Positions 21,310-31,265 of a stretch of DNA of 64,000 nucleotides are shown here, one piece after another (the stretch's first letter is position 1; every line of letters begins with the position of its first letter). Under the pieces are notes generated by a model. That model ran no database searches, was not told the origin of the DNA, and was given only the letters and a program-made list of their open reading frames with translations. Origin of the DNA: an uncultured Planctomycetota bacterium. Its GTDB lineage: Bacteria; Planctomycetota; Planctomycetia; Gemmatales; Gemmataceae. The translations under genes were made by a program, and so were the position numbers. The DNA is taken from positions 800,001-864,000 of the forward strand of contig CAWKHF010000005.1 in NCBI GenBank assembly GCA_963849325.1, read 5' to 3'.

Positions 21310-22224
21310 ATGAGCATGAACCTGACCGTGACCACGTTCGACGAGTTGGAGACGTGGGTAGACGCCTTCATGAAGCCGAACGGCCTGAGCCTGATGTTCT
21401 TGATCGGCGATCCGGGTCACAGCAAGTCATTCTCGATCAAGCAGCGGCTCGATGCCGACCTACACCGCTACTTCAAGTGCGGGCGGCTGACGGCGTTCCA
21501 GCTTTACAAGCAGCTTTTCAAGCACCGGGACCGAGCCATCATCCTCGATGACGTGGAGGACGCTCTCAAGGGCGAGCAGATCCCCCGCATGTTGATGAAC
21601 CTCGGCGAGACTGACGAGGAGTCCCGAACAGTAGCATGGTTCGGCACTGAGTCCCAGTTGAAGGTACGGAAGGGCAAGAAGGTCATCCCCATCCCACAGG
21701 AGTTCAAGACCAGTAGCCGCGTGCTGCTGGTGAGCAACGACTTCGAGATTCTGACCCGCAAGCTGAAGGCCCTGCTGGACCGGGGCATCATCGTCTTCTT
21801 CGATCCCGTGCCCGAGGAAATCCATCGCTTCGTGACTAACTGGTTCAAAGACAAGGAGATCTTCCAGTTCATCGGCGAACATTTGGAGCAGATAACTCGG
21901 CACTCGATCCGGTACTACGTCACCGCCGAGAACTTGAAACGCTTGGGGCTCGACTGGAAGAAGGCCCTCGTCGAAAGCTGGACGCAGGAGTCTGAAGAAG
22001 CCGATCCGCAGAAGATCGTGGAGTTGCTCTTGGCCGACCCCCGCTACAAGACCGACAAGGAGCGTATTGAAGCGTTCACGGCAAAATGTGGCAGGCATCG
22101 CCGCCAGTGGTACAACCTCAAGAAGAAGGTTGTAAAGAGGATGAAATTGGCGAGGCCAGTGGCTCCAGAACTGGATCACGCTCATCTGGAGGCAATGACC
22201 GACGAGCAAGAACTGCCGGTATGA
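21310..22224 (+). CDS. P-loop ATPase-like protein with possible C-terminal HTH
   Basis: IGDPGHSKS Walker A variant, IILDDVE Walker B, LLVSN sensor-like, CGRHRRQWYNLKK tail. Confidence 0.65.
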   Translation: MSMNLTVTTFDELETWVDAFMKPNGLSLMFLIGDPGHSKSFSIKQRLDADLHRYFKCGRLTAFQLYKQLFKHRDRAIILDDVEDALKGEQIPRMLMNLGETDEESRTVAWFGTESQLKVRKGKKVIPIPQEFKTSSRVLLVSNDFEILTRKLKALLDRGIIVFFDPVPEEIHRFVTNWFKDKEIFQFIGEHLEQITRHSIRYYVTAENLKRLGLDWKKALVESWTQESEEADPQKIVELLLADPRYKTDKERIEAFTAKCGRHRRQWYNLKKKVVKRMKLARPVAPELDHAHLEAMTDEQELPV

Positions 22225-22471
22225 CTGGGGCGTTGACCCGGCGCTGGGCGATCTACGAGGAATGCCTTCGCGTCCTGAAGCCTTCGCCCCGCCAGACGCC
22301 TGACGGAAACTTGTTTTGTGGAGTGGCGGTCCATAGGCGCTCGCCGCCCAGCAGCACCTTGATCTCCCTCGTATACTTAACCCCTCATTGAACGCATGGG
22401 ACCGCGATGGCTGTTCTCGTAACGACGACAAGGAATCGCGGCTGTTGCATATATACGGCAAGGAGGACAAC

Positions 22472-22693
22472 ATGCAGCAACTTTTTTCAACTGGGCAGGT
22501 GGCCCGACTGTTGGGCCTGCGGCCCCATCAAATCGAGTATGACCATGCCAGCAAACAGCTTGTGGAACCGGCACGCCGGTTCCTCGGCAAGAGAGTGTAC
22601 TTCGCCGATGATTTGCGGCGAGTGGCCGAGCATTTCGGCCTAACCCTTGCTGACGACCTCAGCGTGGTGCAGGCCGGGAAGGAGGTCACATGA
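22472..22693 (+). CDS. Small MerR-like/excisionase-like HTH protein
   Basis: AAGGAGG RBS; FSTGQVARLLGLRPHQI...GKRVYFADDL. Confidence 0.75.
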   Translation: MQQLFSTGQVARLLGLRPHQIEYDHASKQLVEPARRFLGKRVYFADDLRRVAEHFGLTLADDLSVVQAGKEVT

Positions 22694-22861
22694 GGTTTGA
22701 GCATGTGTCCTTACGCGAGATCAGAAAGAGAAGACACAACTTGTATCGCTGTGGACGATGAAGGGGAGCCGTATCCAGACGCTATTACATAGTATTAGGG
22801 AACAACTCAACACCACAACCAAGACAGTAAGTAGCATGAATCGAAAGCGAACGAGGAGACA

Positions 22862-23779
22862 ATGGAGAATGCCAAGAGACGCCGCCACAACCATCGGCGG
22901 CGATCAGCAACGGAAGGTGCTCATCAAGAGGACGTGTCCCTTGACCCCACAAGGCCGGACCCTGACAACAACCTCTTCCTGACCGACCCTCCTTTCAGCA
23001 AGCCGAGCCTCTACAAGCCGAAGGGCTGGACCGACACTGTGGCCGGATACATCCGTGAGGCCAAGAAACTGACCATGTGCATCCTGCTCAACGAGCGACT
23101 GATGGACCACTCTTACCAGTGGCATGTGACCATCAATTTCGACGCCGACCAGACGCCCGCCGAGATCAGAGAGCGTTGGGCGAAGGTGCGCAAGAGCCTA
23201 AAGAGGAGCGGCGTGGTGGCCCTGTCCGTCATGGAGGTCAATCGGTCCAACCACGTCCACTTTCACCTAATTGTGAGTAGCAGGATCAGCGAGGCCGCGC
23301 TGAGGCGGGCGGTCGAGGAGGCAATGCCGTCCCAAAAAGTCATCGGCTGGCACAACCGGCCCCAGCGGATTAAGCCCGGCGAAACGTGGGAACTTGCCCA
23401 TTACGTGACGAAGGCCAAAAAGCCGGGGTACGTCAACGGCAGGCTGGTCGATGACTACTACGCCAGCAAGCGCATCCTGTTCAAGCCGAAGCTGGGGCTG
23501 CACAAGCACTATGCCATCGGCCCGTTCTGGGTGAAGCCCAAGGCAGCGATCTGGAAGGACATCGCCGCCAAGGAGGCGAGGATTGCCGAGGGACTGGAAC
23601 AACCCGGAGTGCGGAAGCTCGTGGATTACATGTACGAGTTGCTGGATCGGACGATGCCGCTCAAGGGCATCGAGCGCGCTTTCGGCTTCCACGCCGACTC
23701 CGAGCCTGTGAAGCGCTGGATCACGCAGCTAATAGGAGACGATGACGAGGATTATGAGTCTATTAACGAAAAGCACTAA
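22862..23779 (+). CDS. HUH rolling-circle replication initiator-like protein
   Basis: HVTIN (motif 1-like), E..SNHVHFHLIV (HUH motif 2), AHYVTK (YxxK motif 3); start codon uncertain. Confidence 0.7.
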   Translation: MENAKRRRHNHRRRSATEGAHQEDVSLDPTRPDPDNNLFLTDPPFSKPSLYKPKGWTDTVAGYIREAKKLTMCILLNERLMDHSYQWHVTINFDADQTPAEIRERWAKVRKSLKRSGVVALSVMEVNRSNHVHFHLIVSSRISEAALRRAVEEAMPSQKVIGWHNRPQRIKPGETWELAHYVTKAKKPGYVNGRLVDDYYASKRILFKPKLGLHKHYAIGPFWVKPKAAIWKDIAAKEARIAEGLEQPGVRKLVDYMYELLDRTMPLKGIERAFGFHADSEPVKRWITQLIGDDDEDYESINEKH

Positions 23780-24050
23780 CCCGATGAAGGCCGACCGCCA
23801 ATCTGATCGTTCCTGATAAGCACGCTGCCTTGCTCATCTGGCAAAGTTGACTCCCAGTGACGCTTGCTGCTGATAGTTGGCGTTATTGGTTCACCATCGC
23901 CTACTCGGCAAATGAGCCGCTGGATCGTGCCCGCGCACTCCGGCGCACGGGTTCTCGAAGAGGGCAGATCGAACCCGTGTTTGATACAGGTCGTCATTGG
24001 CGCTTCAACGACTTGAAGAGAAGACAAGCCACAAAGAATGGGAGATTACC

Positions 24051-24392
24051 ATGACAACTCAAACTGAATGCCCCGGCTGTGGGGTAGGCATCGGCCAACC
24101 ACACCATGCTGAATGCGATTGCGAGGCCCATGATCCGGCCAAATCAGTCTGGACCGGCGCGTTGCCGCTGGACAGCAAGAGCCGCGACAATACTTCAGCG
24201 GACCTGATAGCGAGCGAAGGATTCGCTATTTACTGCCTTCAAGGATCTTCACGAGAGCATCACGGGGCTCCGACGAAGCAGGAGCCTACTCCTCCCCGCA
24301 AGTATCCCGACTATTTGCTCGAACGGAATGCGAGATGGACCTTCAGGACGTGTTGTGTTGAACCAGTCTCAGTAGTTTCCGGTTCGGGCTGA
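24051..24392 (+). CDS. Cys-rich hypothetical protein (possibly degenerate)
   Basis: CPGCGVGIGQPH..ECDC..HDP..SVWTG; GGAG RBS. Confidence 0.45.
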   Translation: MTTQTECPGCGVGIGQPHHAECDCEAHDPAKSVWTGALPLDSKSRDNTSADLIASEGFAIYCLQGSSREHHGAPTKQEPTPPRKYPDYLLERNARWTFRTCCVEPVSVVSGSG

Positions 24393-24437
24393 GGGAGGAG
24401 GGGTGAGGGAGACAATCGCAAGGCTCCTCCTGAGAAT

Positions 24438-25702
24438 TGGACTGCTCCCCAAAAAGTGGTCCAGGTGCTATGAGAGTCTCTGAGGCTCTTCGCGGGCAGG
24501 AGACGAACCATGAAACGACACACGGCCGAAGAGATCATCCCCAAGCTGCGACAAGCCGAGGCCGACCTCGCCCAAGGCTTGACCCTCGCCCAGGTCTGCC
24601 AACGCCTGGCCATTAGCGAGCAGACCCTGCATCGCTGGCGCAACCAGTACGGCGGACTCAAGCAAGACGAGGCCAAACGCCTCAAGGAACTGGAAGCCGA
24701 GAACGCACGCCTCAAGCGTCTGGTCGCGGAACTGGCCCTGGACAAGCAGATGCTCCAGGAGGTCGCCCAAAAAAAGTGCTGAGCGCCGACCAGCGTCGTC
24801 AGGTCGTGCGTCAACTCCAAGAGACCTTCGGCGTGTCGCAACGTCGCGCCTGCCGTGTGCTGAGGCAACCACGCTCCACGCAGCGGCAGACGCCCCAAAC
24901 CGCCGAGGAGGAGGGACGATTGGTGCAGCGGATGTTGGCGATGGTGCGGCAGCATCCGCGTTGGGGCTACCGCCGCATCACGGTGTTGCTGCGGCGGGAA
25001 GGCTGGCGTGTCAACCGCAAGCGGGTGTACCGACTGTGGCGGCAGCAAGGGCTGAAAGTACCCCGAAAGCAGCGAAAAAAACGGCGGCTGGGTCACAGCG
25101 GCAACAGTTGCGTGCGGCGGCCGGCAGAGCACAAGGACCACGTGTGGACGTGGGATTTCTTGCACGATCGGACGAGCGATGGCCGGCCTTTGAAATGGTT
25201 CACGCTGATCGACGAGTACAGCCGCGAGTGCTTGGCGTTGGAGGTGGATCGGGGCATGACGGCCCAGGCGGTGAAGACGGTGCTGGCGAGCGTGGTGCAG
25301 CAGCGTGGCGTACCGATGCACGTCCGCAGCGACAACGGCTCGGAGTTTATCGCCGCCGCCATCCGGACGTGGATGACGGCTGCGGGGTTGGAGACGTTGT
25401 ACATTGCTCCGGGCGCGCCGTGGGAAAATGGCTACGCCGAGTCGTTCAACAGCAAGGTGCGGGACGAGCTGTTGAACACGGAGGAGTTTGGCAGCGTGGC
25501 AGAAGCGAAGGTGCTAGCCAAGGAGTGGCGTCAGGAATACAACCATGTCCGTCCTCACAGTTCGTTGGGGTATCGGACGCCAGCGGAGTTCGGGGAGATG
25601 TGTCCTCGTCCCGACTCCGCTGCGCTACGCCGGGACGAGGACACATCTGTAACGGTTGATCCGACTCTCACAGCGCCTGGTACATAAAATGGGGGCAAGC
25701 CA
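24438..25702 (+). mobile_element. IS3-family insertion sequence, complete copy (1265 bp)
   Basis: Imperfect terminal IRs TGGACTGCTCCCCAAAAAGTGGTCCA / TGGCTTGCCCCCATTTTATGTACCA; TG...CA ends; orfA and orfB. Confidence 0.95.
24510..25687 (+). CDS. IS3-family transposase OrfAB (-1 programmed frameshift)
   Basis: orfA 24510-24782 (HTH), slippery A7G at 24769-24776, orfB to 25687 with DDE motifs WTWDF, RSDNGSEF, ENGYAESFN. Confidence 0.93.
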
Positions 25703-26777
25703 CCTTCGCTTCTGCCACGCTGCCAAACTCCTCCGTGTTCAACAGCTCGTCCCGCACCTTGCTGTTGAACGACTCGGCGTAGCCATTTTCCCACGGTGCG
25801 CCCGGAGCAATGTACAACGTCTCCAACCCCGCAGCCGTCATCCACGTCCGGATGGCGGCGGCGATAAACTCCGAGCCGTTGTCGCTGCGGACCGTGCATC
25901 GGTACGCCACGCTGCTGCACCACGCTCGCCAGCACCGTCTTCACCGCCTGGGCCGTCATGCCCCGATCCACCTCCAACGCCAAGCACTCGCGGCTGTACT
26001 CGTCGATCAGCGTGAACCATTTCAAAGGCCGGCCATCGCTCGTCCGATCGTGCAAGAAATCCCACGTCCACACGTGGTCCTTGTGCTCTGCCGGCCGCCG
26101 CACGCAACTGTTGCCGCTGTGACCCAGCCGCCGTTTTTTTCGCTGCTTTCGGGGTACTTTCAGCCCTTGCTGCCGCCACAGTCGGTACACCCGCTTGCGG
26201 TTGACACGCCAGCCTTCCCGCCGCAGCAACACCGTGATGCGGCGGTAGCCCCAACGCGGATGCTGCCGCACCATCGCCAACATCCGCTGCACCAATCGTC
26301 CCTCCTCCTCGGCGGTTTGGGGCGTCTGCCGCTGCGTGGAGCGTGGTTGCCTCAGCACACGGCAGGCGCGACGTTGCGACACGCCGAAGGTCTCTTGGAG
26401 TTGACGCACGACCTGACGACGCTGGTCGGCGCTCAGCACTTTTTTTGGGCGACCTCCTGGAGCATCTGCTTGTCCAGGGCCAGTTCCGCGACCAGACGCT
26501 TGAGGCGTGCGTTCTCGGCTTCCAGTTCCTTGAGGCGTTTGGCCTCGTCTTGCTTGAGTCCGCCGTACTGGTTGCGCCAGCGATGCAGGGTCTGCTCGCT
26601 AATGGCCAGGCGTTGGCAGACCTGGGCGAGGGTCAAGCCTTGGGCGAGGTCGGCCTCGGCTTGTCGCAGCTTGGGGATGATCTCTTCGGCCGTGTGTCGT
26701 TTCATGGTTCGTCTCCTGCCCGCGAAGAGCCTCAGAGACTCTCATAGCACCTGGACCACTTTTTGGGGAGCAGTCCA
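25703..26777 (-). mobile_element. Second copy of the same IS3, inverted and 3'-truncated
   Basis: Reverse complement of 24438-25511; I noted one substitution and one extra base; lacks the last ~190 bp including the IRR; orfA at 26433-26705. Confidence 0.93.
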
Positions 26778-27010
26778 GTGCGTCACCAAGTCGATTTCGA
26801 GGCCATCGTGAACGCCAGACCTCTCGATGGTCTCCGGGCCGGTACGGAGACCGACGACCTCGTTGAGCGGCAGCATGTGAACGCCGCGTAGATCGAAGTC
26901 GGAATCCGGCGACGGGAAGCCATACAGGTGCGCCCGCTGATGGTGGTGGCGAAGATCAGCCGGTACGGATGCTCCTCGACTTGTTTCTTCAACAGCAGCA
27001 TCGGGATCAT
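26778..27010 (-). pseudogene. Pol-beta nucleotidyltransferase (RlaP/YcgL-like), truncated by IS
   Basis: FAT-ISG-AHLYGFPSPDSDFDLRGVH motif across an indel; cut by the IS end after DLVTH. Confidence 0.8.
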
Positions 27011-27957
27011 GGCAATTCCTCCGACAAGGCCCGACGCCGGGCACGGATGAGGAACGCATTGGCGCGTTCGTAATCAGGGCGTTCGGGCAGCTTCGTGGTT
27101 TCAAATGCCGCGTTGAACTCTTGGTGCAGGCTGTGCCGCCAGTTCTCCACGTCCTCCCACGACACTTCACCGCGCCGGATCGCCAAGAGCCTGTCGCGGT
27201 GGGCATCGACCCTCACCGGAACGATCCCCTCGCGTAGCACTCCGATGCCCGAAAGCAATAGGCGGATCAGGTGCATGACGTGCTTCCATTTCACCTGTCC
27301 GTGGTTCCGAATGTCGGCCTGCATCTTCTTGAACTGGCTCATCACGTAACCGTTGTACGTTTGATACACCAGCCGCGAAAGGAAGCTCGTTCGCATGGCG
27401 ATCAGTTCCTCGGCCAGCGGAGTCGCTTTCTCAACCAGCGGCGTGTAGAGGCACTCCAGCACGTTCGGGTTCGCTTTCAGGGCCAGCACGAGGAACTTCT
27501 GGAGTTCCCAGTACGCTTCCTGCGTCTGGTGGTTTTCCAGTTGCTCAGGGACGCCGTAGAGGGACCAGTGTAGGTCGGCAGTCGGCAAGTAGATGCCTCG
27601 GCGATCCACGTCGGACGCGGTGTCGGCAAGGCCATACGCCTGCGAGCCAATCACACAACGGTAGATGACGCGCTGATACAGGTCCGCGTGGGCGACCGCA
27701 TGGGCGCTGTCACCGATCTCTCCCTCCTTGAACCGGGCGAGCATCGTGACCTCGCTTCGCTTGAGTGGAGCCTCGAAGCCGTCTGGGAAGCGGACTCGGT
27801 AGGAGTGTTCATGGTCGGTCGGCGACTTCACGACGACGCCCACCGTGCCGCGTGGGTGAAGGACGAGGCCAGCGGAGCCGGGAATGTCTACCAGAGTCAC
27901 GACCTGCGTGCCCACGGAGAAGATCAGTTTGGGATGGCAATGCACTCGGTCTGCCAC
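27007..27957 (-). CDS. Pol-beta nucleotidyltransferase (RlaP-like) with extra N-terminal beta domain
   Basis: IGSQAYGLADTASDVDRRGIY (GS..DxD), KANPNVLECL, KHVMHLIRLL, LPERPD. Confidence 0.85.
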   Translation of the reverse strand: MADRVHCHPKLIFSVGTQVVTLVDIPGSAGLVLHPRGTVGVVVKSPTDHEHSYRVRFPDGFEAPLKRSEVTMLARFKEGEIGDSAHAVAHADLYQRVIYRCVIGSQAYGLADTASDVDRRGIYLPTADLHWSLYGVPEQLENHQTQEAYWELQKFLVLALKANPNVLECLYTPLVEKATPLAEELIAMRTSFLSRLVYQTYNGYVMSQFKKMQADIRNHGQVKWKHVMHLIRLLLSGIGVLREGIVPVRVDAHRDRLLAIRRGEVSWEDVENWRHSLHQEFNAAFETTKLPERPDYERANAFLIRARRRALSEELP

Positions 27958-27993
27958 AGCAAAGAACTCCTATCGGTGCAACTCCATCGTTCC

Positions 27994-29316
27994 TCAGCCT
28001 GCCTCAGAAGATCCTGTGGGTTTTTCAACCAGTTTTCGACAATCCTCCGCTGAGTCGAATCGACACTCTTCCCACAGCCATTCGGGAGCCACTTGCTGTT
28101 GATGCAAGAGTCGGGCGGCATCGAATCGGCAGTTCGCGCAGGGCGTTAAGGCGTAGCTGATGACAGCCAGCCGGGAACAATCTGCCTCCGTGTTCTTTTC
28201 AAGAACCTTGATGACATCCATCAGGAGCCAGTGAAGCTCGCACTCGTCGTCGGGCAACTCCATCGCATTCAGAATCAGGTGTTCGTCCCCCTGCCGATTG
28301 TTGTTGATGAACAAGCCGACCACGGACCTGTCTCGTAATCCCTTTTGAAGCTCAGTCAGGGCGAACACCCGGACAAGCGGATGGGCATTCTCCTTCAAGC
28401 CTCTGAAGGCCCATGCGCGGACTTCTTTATCGGCGTGCCGACAGAGTTTGATGAGTTGGGCGTCGAACTCGGGCAGCGGGCGGGCCACAAAGACCTTGAC
28501 CAGATTGGCGATAACTCGTGGTTCCTCCACGGTCCAAAGGCGCTGAAGCACGGCTTTCAGATCCGCTTCCTCGGCGTGCATCCCCCAGCCTCGGAACCAA
28601 TAACATTTGGTGTCGCCTTCGGCTGCTCGGTTGATCTCCTCGACGGGTAAAGCCTTCATCCTTTCCCGGTGCGATTGGGCCTGTTTCACCTCGGCTGCTC
28701 TCTGCTTGTCTCGCCGCCAACATTCCCCGAATCTGCTGACCGCCGTGTCGGAGGGTGCGCTCAACAGGCTGCTGACGCGATCCTCACCGAGACAGTCGGT
28801 GGCTTGGTCGATTAGGCTTCTATCGTCCCAGTCCCATTCACGACATGCCAATTGCTGCCCTCGAACTCTCGCGGCAAAAAGAAATGCCCGTTCGCCATCT
28901 AACGCCATGATCTCTTCCTCTCCGAGCGAAGGACTTTCGGGGAACGGCCTCTGTTCCACGATCTCGTACAGCCGGTCGCGGAAGGTTCCGTCTCCTGTCT
29001 CGGCATAAAAGCGAGCGAGTTCGCAAAGCTGGTTGGCGCTGCGCTCGTCAGACAACTCGTGCAGAGCATGGAGAATCGGTACGCGGAACCGTTGCATGGC
29101 ATCAGCCGCCCCGACGATTTGCCAGAGCCAGCCTGCTCGTGATTCCTCGCATTGGGCGTCGAAACGCTTGTCCTGAAGGCACGCCTCCAAGAGTGGCTCG
29201 TCGCCGAGACGCCCGTTGAGCGCCCATTGCCATGCCCGCCCGAGTCCCTTTTGCAAGGCGTCCCGCTGCTGGTCGAGGGAGGGAGACGACGGTGGGGAAT
29301 AATCGCCGAACTTCAT
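27994..29316 (-). CDS. Alpha-helical (HEAT-like) hypothetical protein
   Basis: ATGA overlap with the upstream gene; helical repeats; ALQKGLGRA N-terminus; PCANCR and ECRFDS C-terminus. Confidence 0.75.
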   Translation of the reverse strand: MKFGDYSPPSSPSLDQQRDALQKGLGRAWQWALNGRLGDEPLLEACLQDKRFDAQCEESRAGWLWQIVGAADAMQRFRVPILHALHELSDERSANQLCELARFYAETGDGTFRDRLYEIVEQRPFPESPSLGEEEIMALDGERAFLFAARVRGQQLACREWDWDDRSLIDQATDCLGEDRVSSLLSAPSDTAVSRFGECWRRDKQRAAEVKQAQSHRERMKALPVEEINRAAEGDTKCYWFRGWGMHAEEADLKAVLQRLWTVEEPRVIANLVKVFVARPLPEFDAQLIKLCRHADKEVRAWAFRGLKENAHPLVRVFALTELQKGLRDRSVVGLFINNNRQGDEHLILNAMELPDDECELHWLLMDVIKVLEKNTEADCSRLAVISYALTPCANCRFDAARLLHQQQVAPEWLWEECRFDSAEDCRKLVEKPTGSSEAG

Positions 29317-30158
29317 GAACTGCCTCCAGAGCAACGTCGTATCGCCTCATCGAGTGTGGTGTCGTCGGCTTCTGCTGATTGCTTCAGCCTCTTCAGGACC
29401 GGAAGAAGGCGTGCATCGGCAATTTCCTCAGCCGCCTCAAGGCTGTAGCTGCCGTATTCCGCGTCAGGGTAGCGCTTTAATTCCTTGATGAGAGGCTCAA
29501 TGACTTGTTGATCTTTTCTGCGTGCAAGTCCCACGAGAGCTTCGCCGCGCGTCACTTCGTCCTCATCGAAAACACGCGCAAGCAGAGCCGCACGGATTAC
29601 GGGTGTGTCTTCGTCAACCTGCGTCCCTAACCCGAAAGTCGCCCAATCTCGCACGAGGTCATTCTGATCTCTCGACAATTCGATCAGCGTCGTAATCGCC
29701 AACTGGCCCTCAAAACCGAGCAGACCGAAGACAACAGCATATCGCACCTTGGCGCTCGGATGCGTCTTCAGCCGGGCCAGCGAAGGAATCGCGGTCGGAT
29801 CGTGGATGTGACCCAGCGCGATGCAGATCGCGTCGAGGACATCTTCGTCGGTTTCGACCTCAAGAAGCTTGAGCAAGACCGCCACCGACTCGTCCGGGGA
29901 GCTTCGGTTCGGGACTCCCAACTGCCCCAGAATGTTCGCCCCCAGCGTTCTCTCCTGCGGACACTCGCTGGCGCAAAGCTGACAGGCAGCGTCGAACACT
30001 TCCCGCGTTCCGCGATAGTGGAGCATCACCACTGCATCCCATGCAGCTTCCTCATCCAGCCCGGTGAGAGCCATCGTAATGAACTCGTGGGTGGTGCGCG
30101 GATCGTCTCGCGCCTCGCGGGTCCGAGACTCGGTATACGCTTTCAGGTCGTCAATCAT
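29313..30158 (-). CDS. HEAT-repeat protein
   Basis: Repeats such as ERTLGANILGQLG, VRYAVVFGL, VRDWATFGLG, TRGEALVGLA; ATGATTGA overlap with the Thg1-like gene. Confidence 0.85.
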   Translation of the reverse strand: MIDDLKAYTESRTREARDDPRTTHEFITMALTGLDEEAAWDAVVMLHYRGTREVFDAACQLCASECPQERTLGANILGQLGVPNRSSPDESVAVLLKLLEVETDEDVLDAICIALGHIHDPTAIPSLARLKTHPSAKVRYAVVFGLLGFEGQLAITTLIELSRDQNDLVRDWATFGLGTQVDEDTPVIRAALLARVFDEDEVTRGEALVGLARRKDQQVIEPLIKELKRYPDAEYGSYSLEAAEEIADARLLPVLKRLKQSAEADDTTLDEAIRRCSGGSS

Positions 30159-30937
30159 GAGCGCACCCCCCATCATTCTCGGCAATCAGCTTCCGCAGGA
30201 ATGCCGAGTAGTCGTCCTTCATGGGCAACTCAAGGTCGCGGCGAATTCGCCTTCTTCGAGCGAACACCTTCTCACCCGTGGCCGGGTTCGCCGCTGGCCG
30301 GTCATACTCCTCCCAGTAGAGCCCGACGCCGCGCTTTTGCCACGCGGGAAGATCATTGAAGTTGATGCCATGCTGGAACAGCAACTCGTTCTTGGCCGAG
30401 ACGGACAGGCCCTTCAGCGCAGCCGTGGCCTCGCCGATGCTCTGGCCCTGCTTCCGCAGCAGCCAGTAGCAGTGGCCGTTGAGCGCATTGCGATGCGCAT
30501 CTTCGCTGCGCCAACGGAAGTAATCGACAACGAGTTCGAGGGAGGGCAACTGCGAGATGCGGCAATCAAAGGACGCCAACGCCCCCAGCAACAGCGAGAA
30601 CTTCGCGCTGGCTTCACCGGCGAGGATCGAGATCAGTTTGCGGAGCTTGCGACCGAAACTGTTCTCCTCCAACCCGAATAGCAGAGAAATCTCGTCGCTC
30701 TCCGTGTAGCCGTAGACCATGTTGAAGTCACAGCCGCTCATCAGGTACTCGGCGGTCTCGACCATCAGGTCGCGGAAACGAGGATCGAACGGAGCCTCAA
30801 ACGAGTGGACCTCCTTTGTCAAGCGCGTGAAGCTGCGGCCATCCAGCCGTGTGACCATGTACAGGCCGGGGAGTACGCAAAGGTCGTGCGCCGTCTCAAA
30901 CACGCCGCATCTTCTGGTCAAGGTCATCAAACTTCAT
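30151..30937 (-). CDS. tRNA(His) guanylyltransferase Thg1-like protein (3'-5' polymerase; indel near codon 12)
   Basis: MKFDDLDQKMR start at 30937; RLDGRSF, YTESDEISLLF, FDCR, DYFRWRSEDAHRNALN. Confidence 0.9.
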
Positions 30938-31249
30938 CTTTCCACTCCTTGACGACGAACTGGTTGCTCTCGTTGATCCGCACGTAATACAGTTCGGCGA
31001 ACCCTTCCTCCTTGCTGGGGATTTGCGTCCGCCCGCGTCCCAGAATGCCTCTCAGCGGGATCTGCTCGACAGGACGCTGCTCGTTGCGGCGCTTGCAGTC
31101 CTCGACTCGGGACTGGAAGTAGTAGCCGATGACCCGAATCCGCTTCTTTCGCGGCTCGATGTACACCTGCCGTTCGGCACGTAGGATTCGTGTTGGTAGA
31201 ACGTCGATTTTCCCCCGCCCTGCAACCCAATAAAGATCACGGCTTCCAC
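30927..31249 (-). pseudogene. AAA_33-type P-loop (polynucleotide) kinase with internal deletion and indels
   Basis: IFIGLQGGGKSTFY Walker A joined almost directly to NTNPT..ERQVYI; RNEQR lid; PSKEEGF tail; stop overlaps the Thg1-like start. Confidence 0.7.
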
Positions 31250-31265
31250 AGTTCAACCTCGTTCG

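Noticed and set aside
15123-24400. Island as a prophage
   Set aside because: No terminase, portal, capsid, tail or lysis genes recognised; Gp37/Gp68 alone is not diagnostic.
25703-26777. Inverted IS copy as a simple read fold-back artefact
   Set aside because: The breakpoint falls exactly at the IRR, there is a ~190-bp non-mirrored spacer, and mirroring stops at the IS ends. Misassembly cannot be fully excluded without reads.
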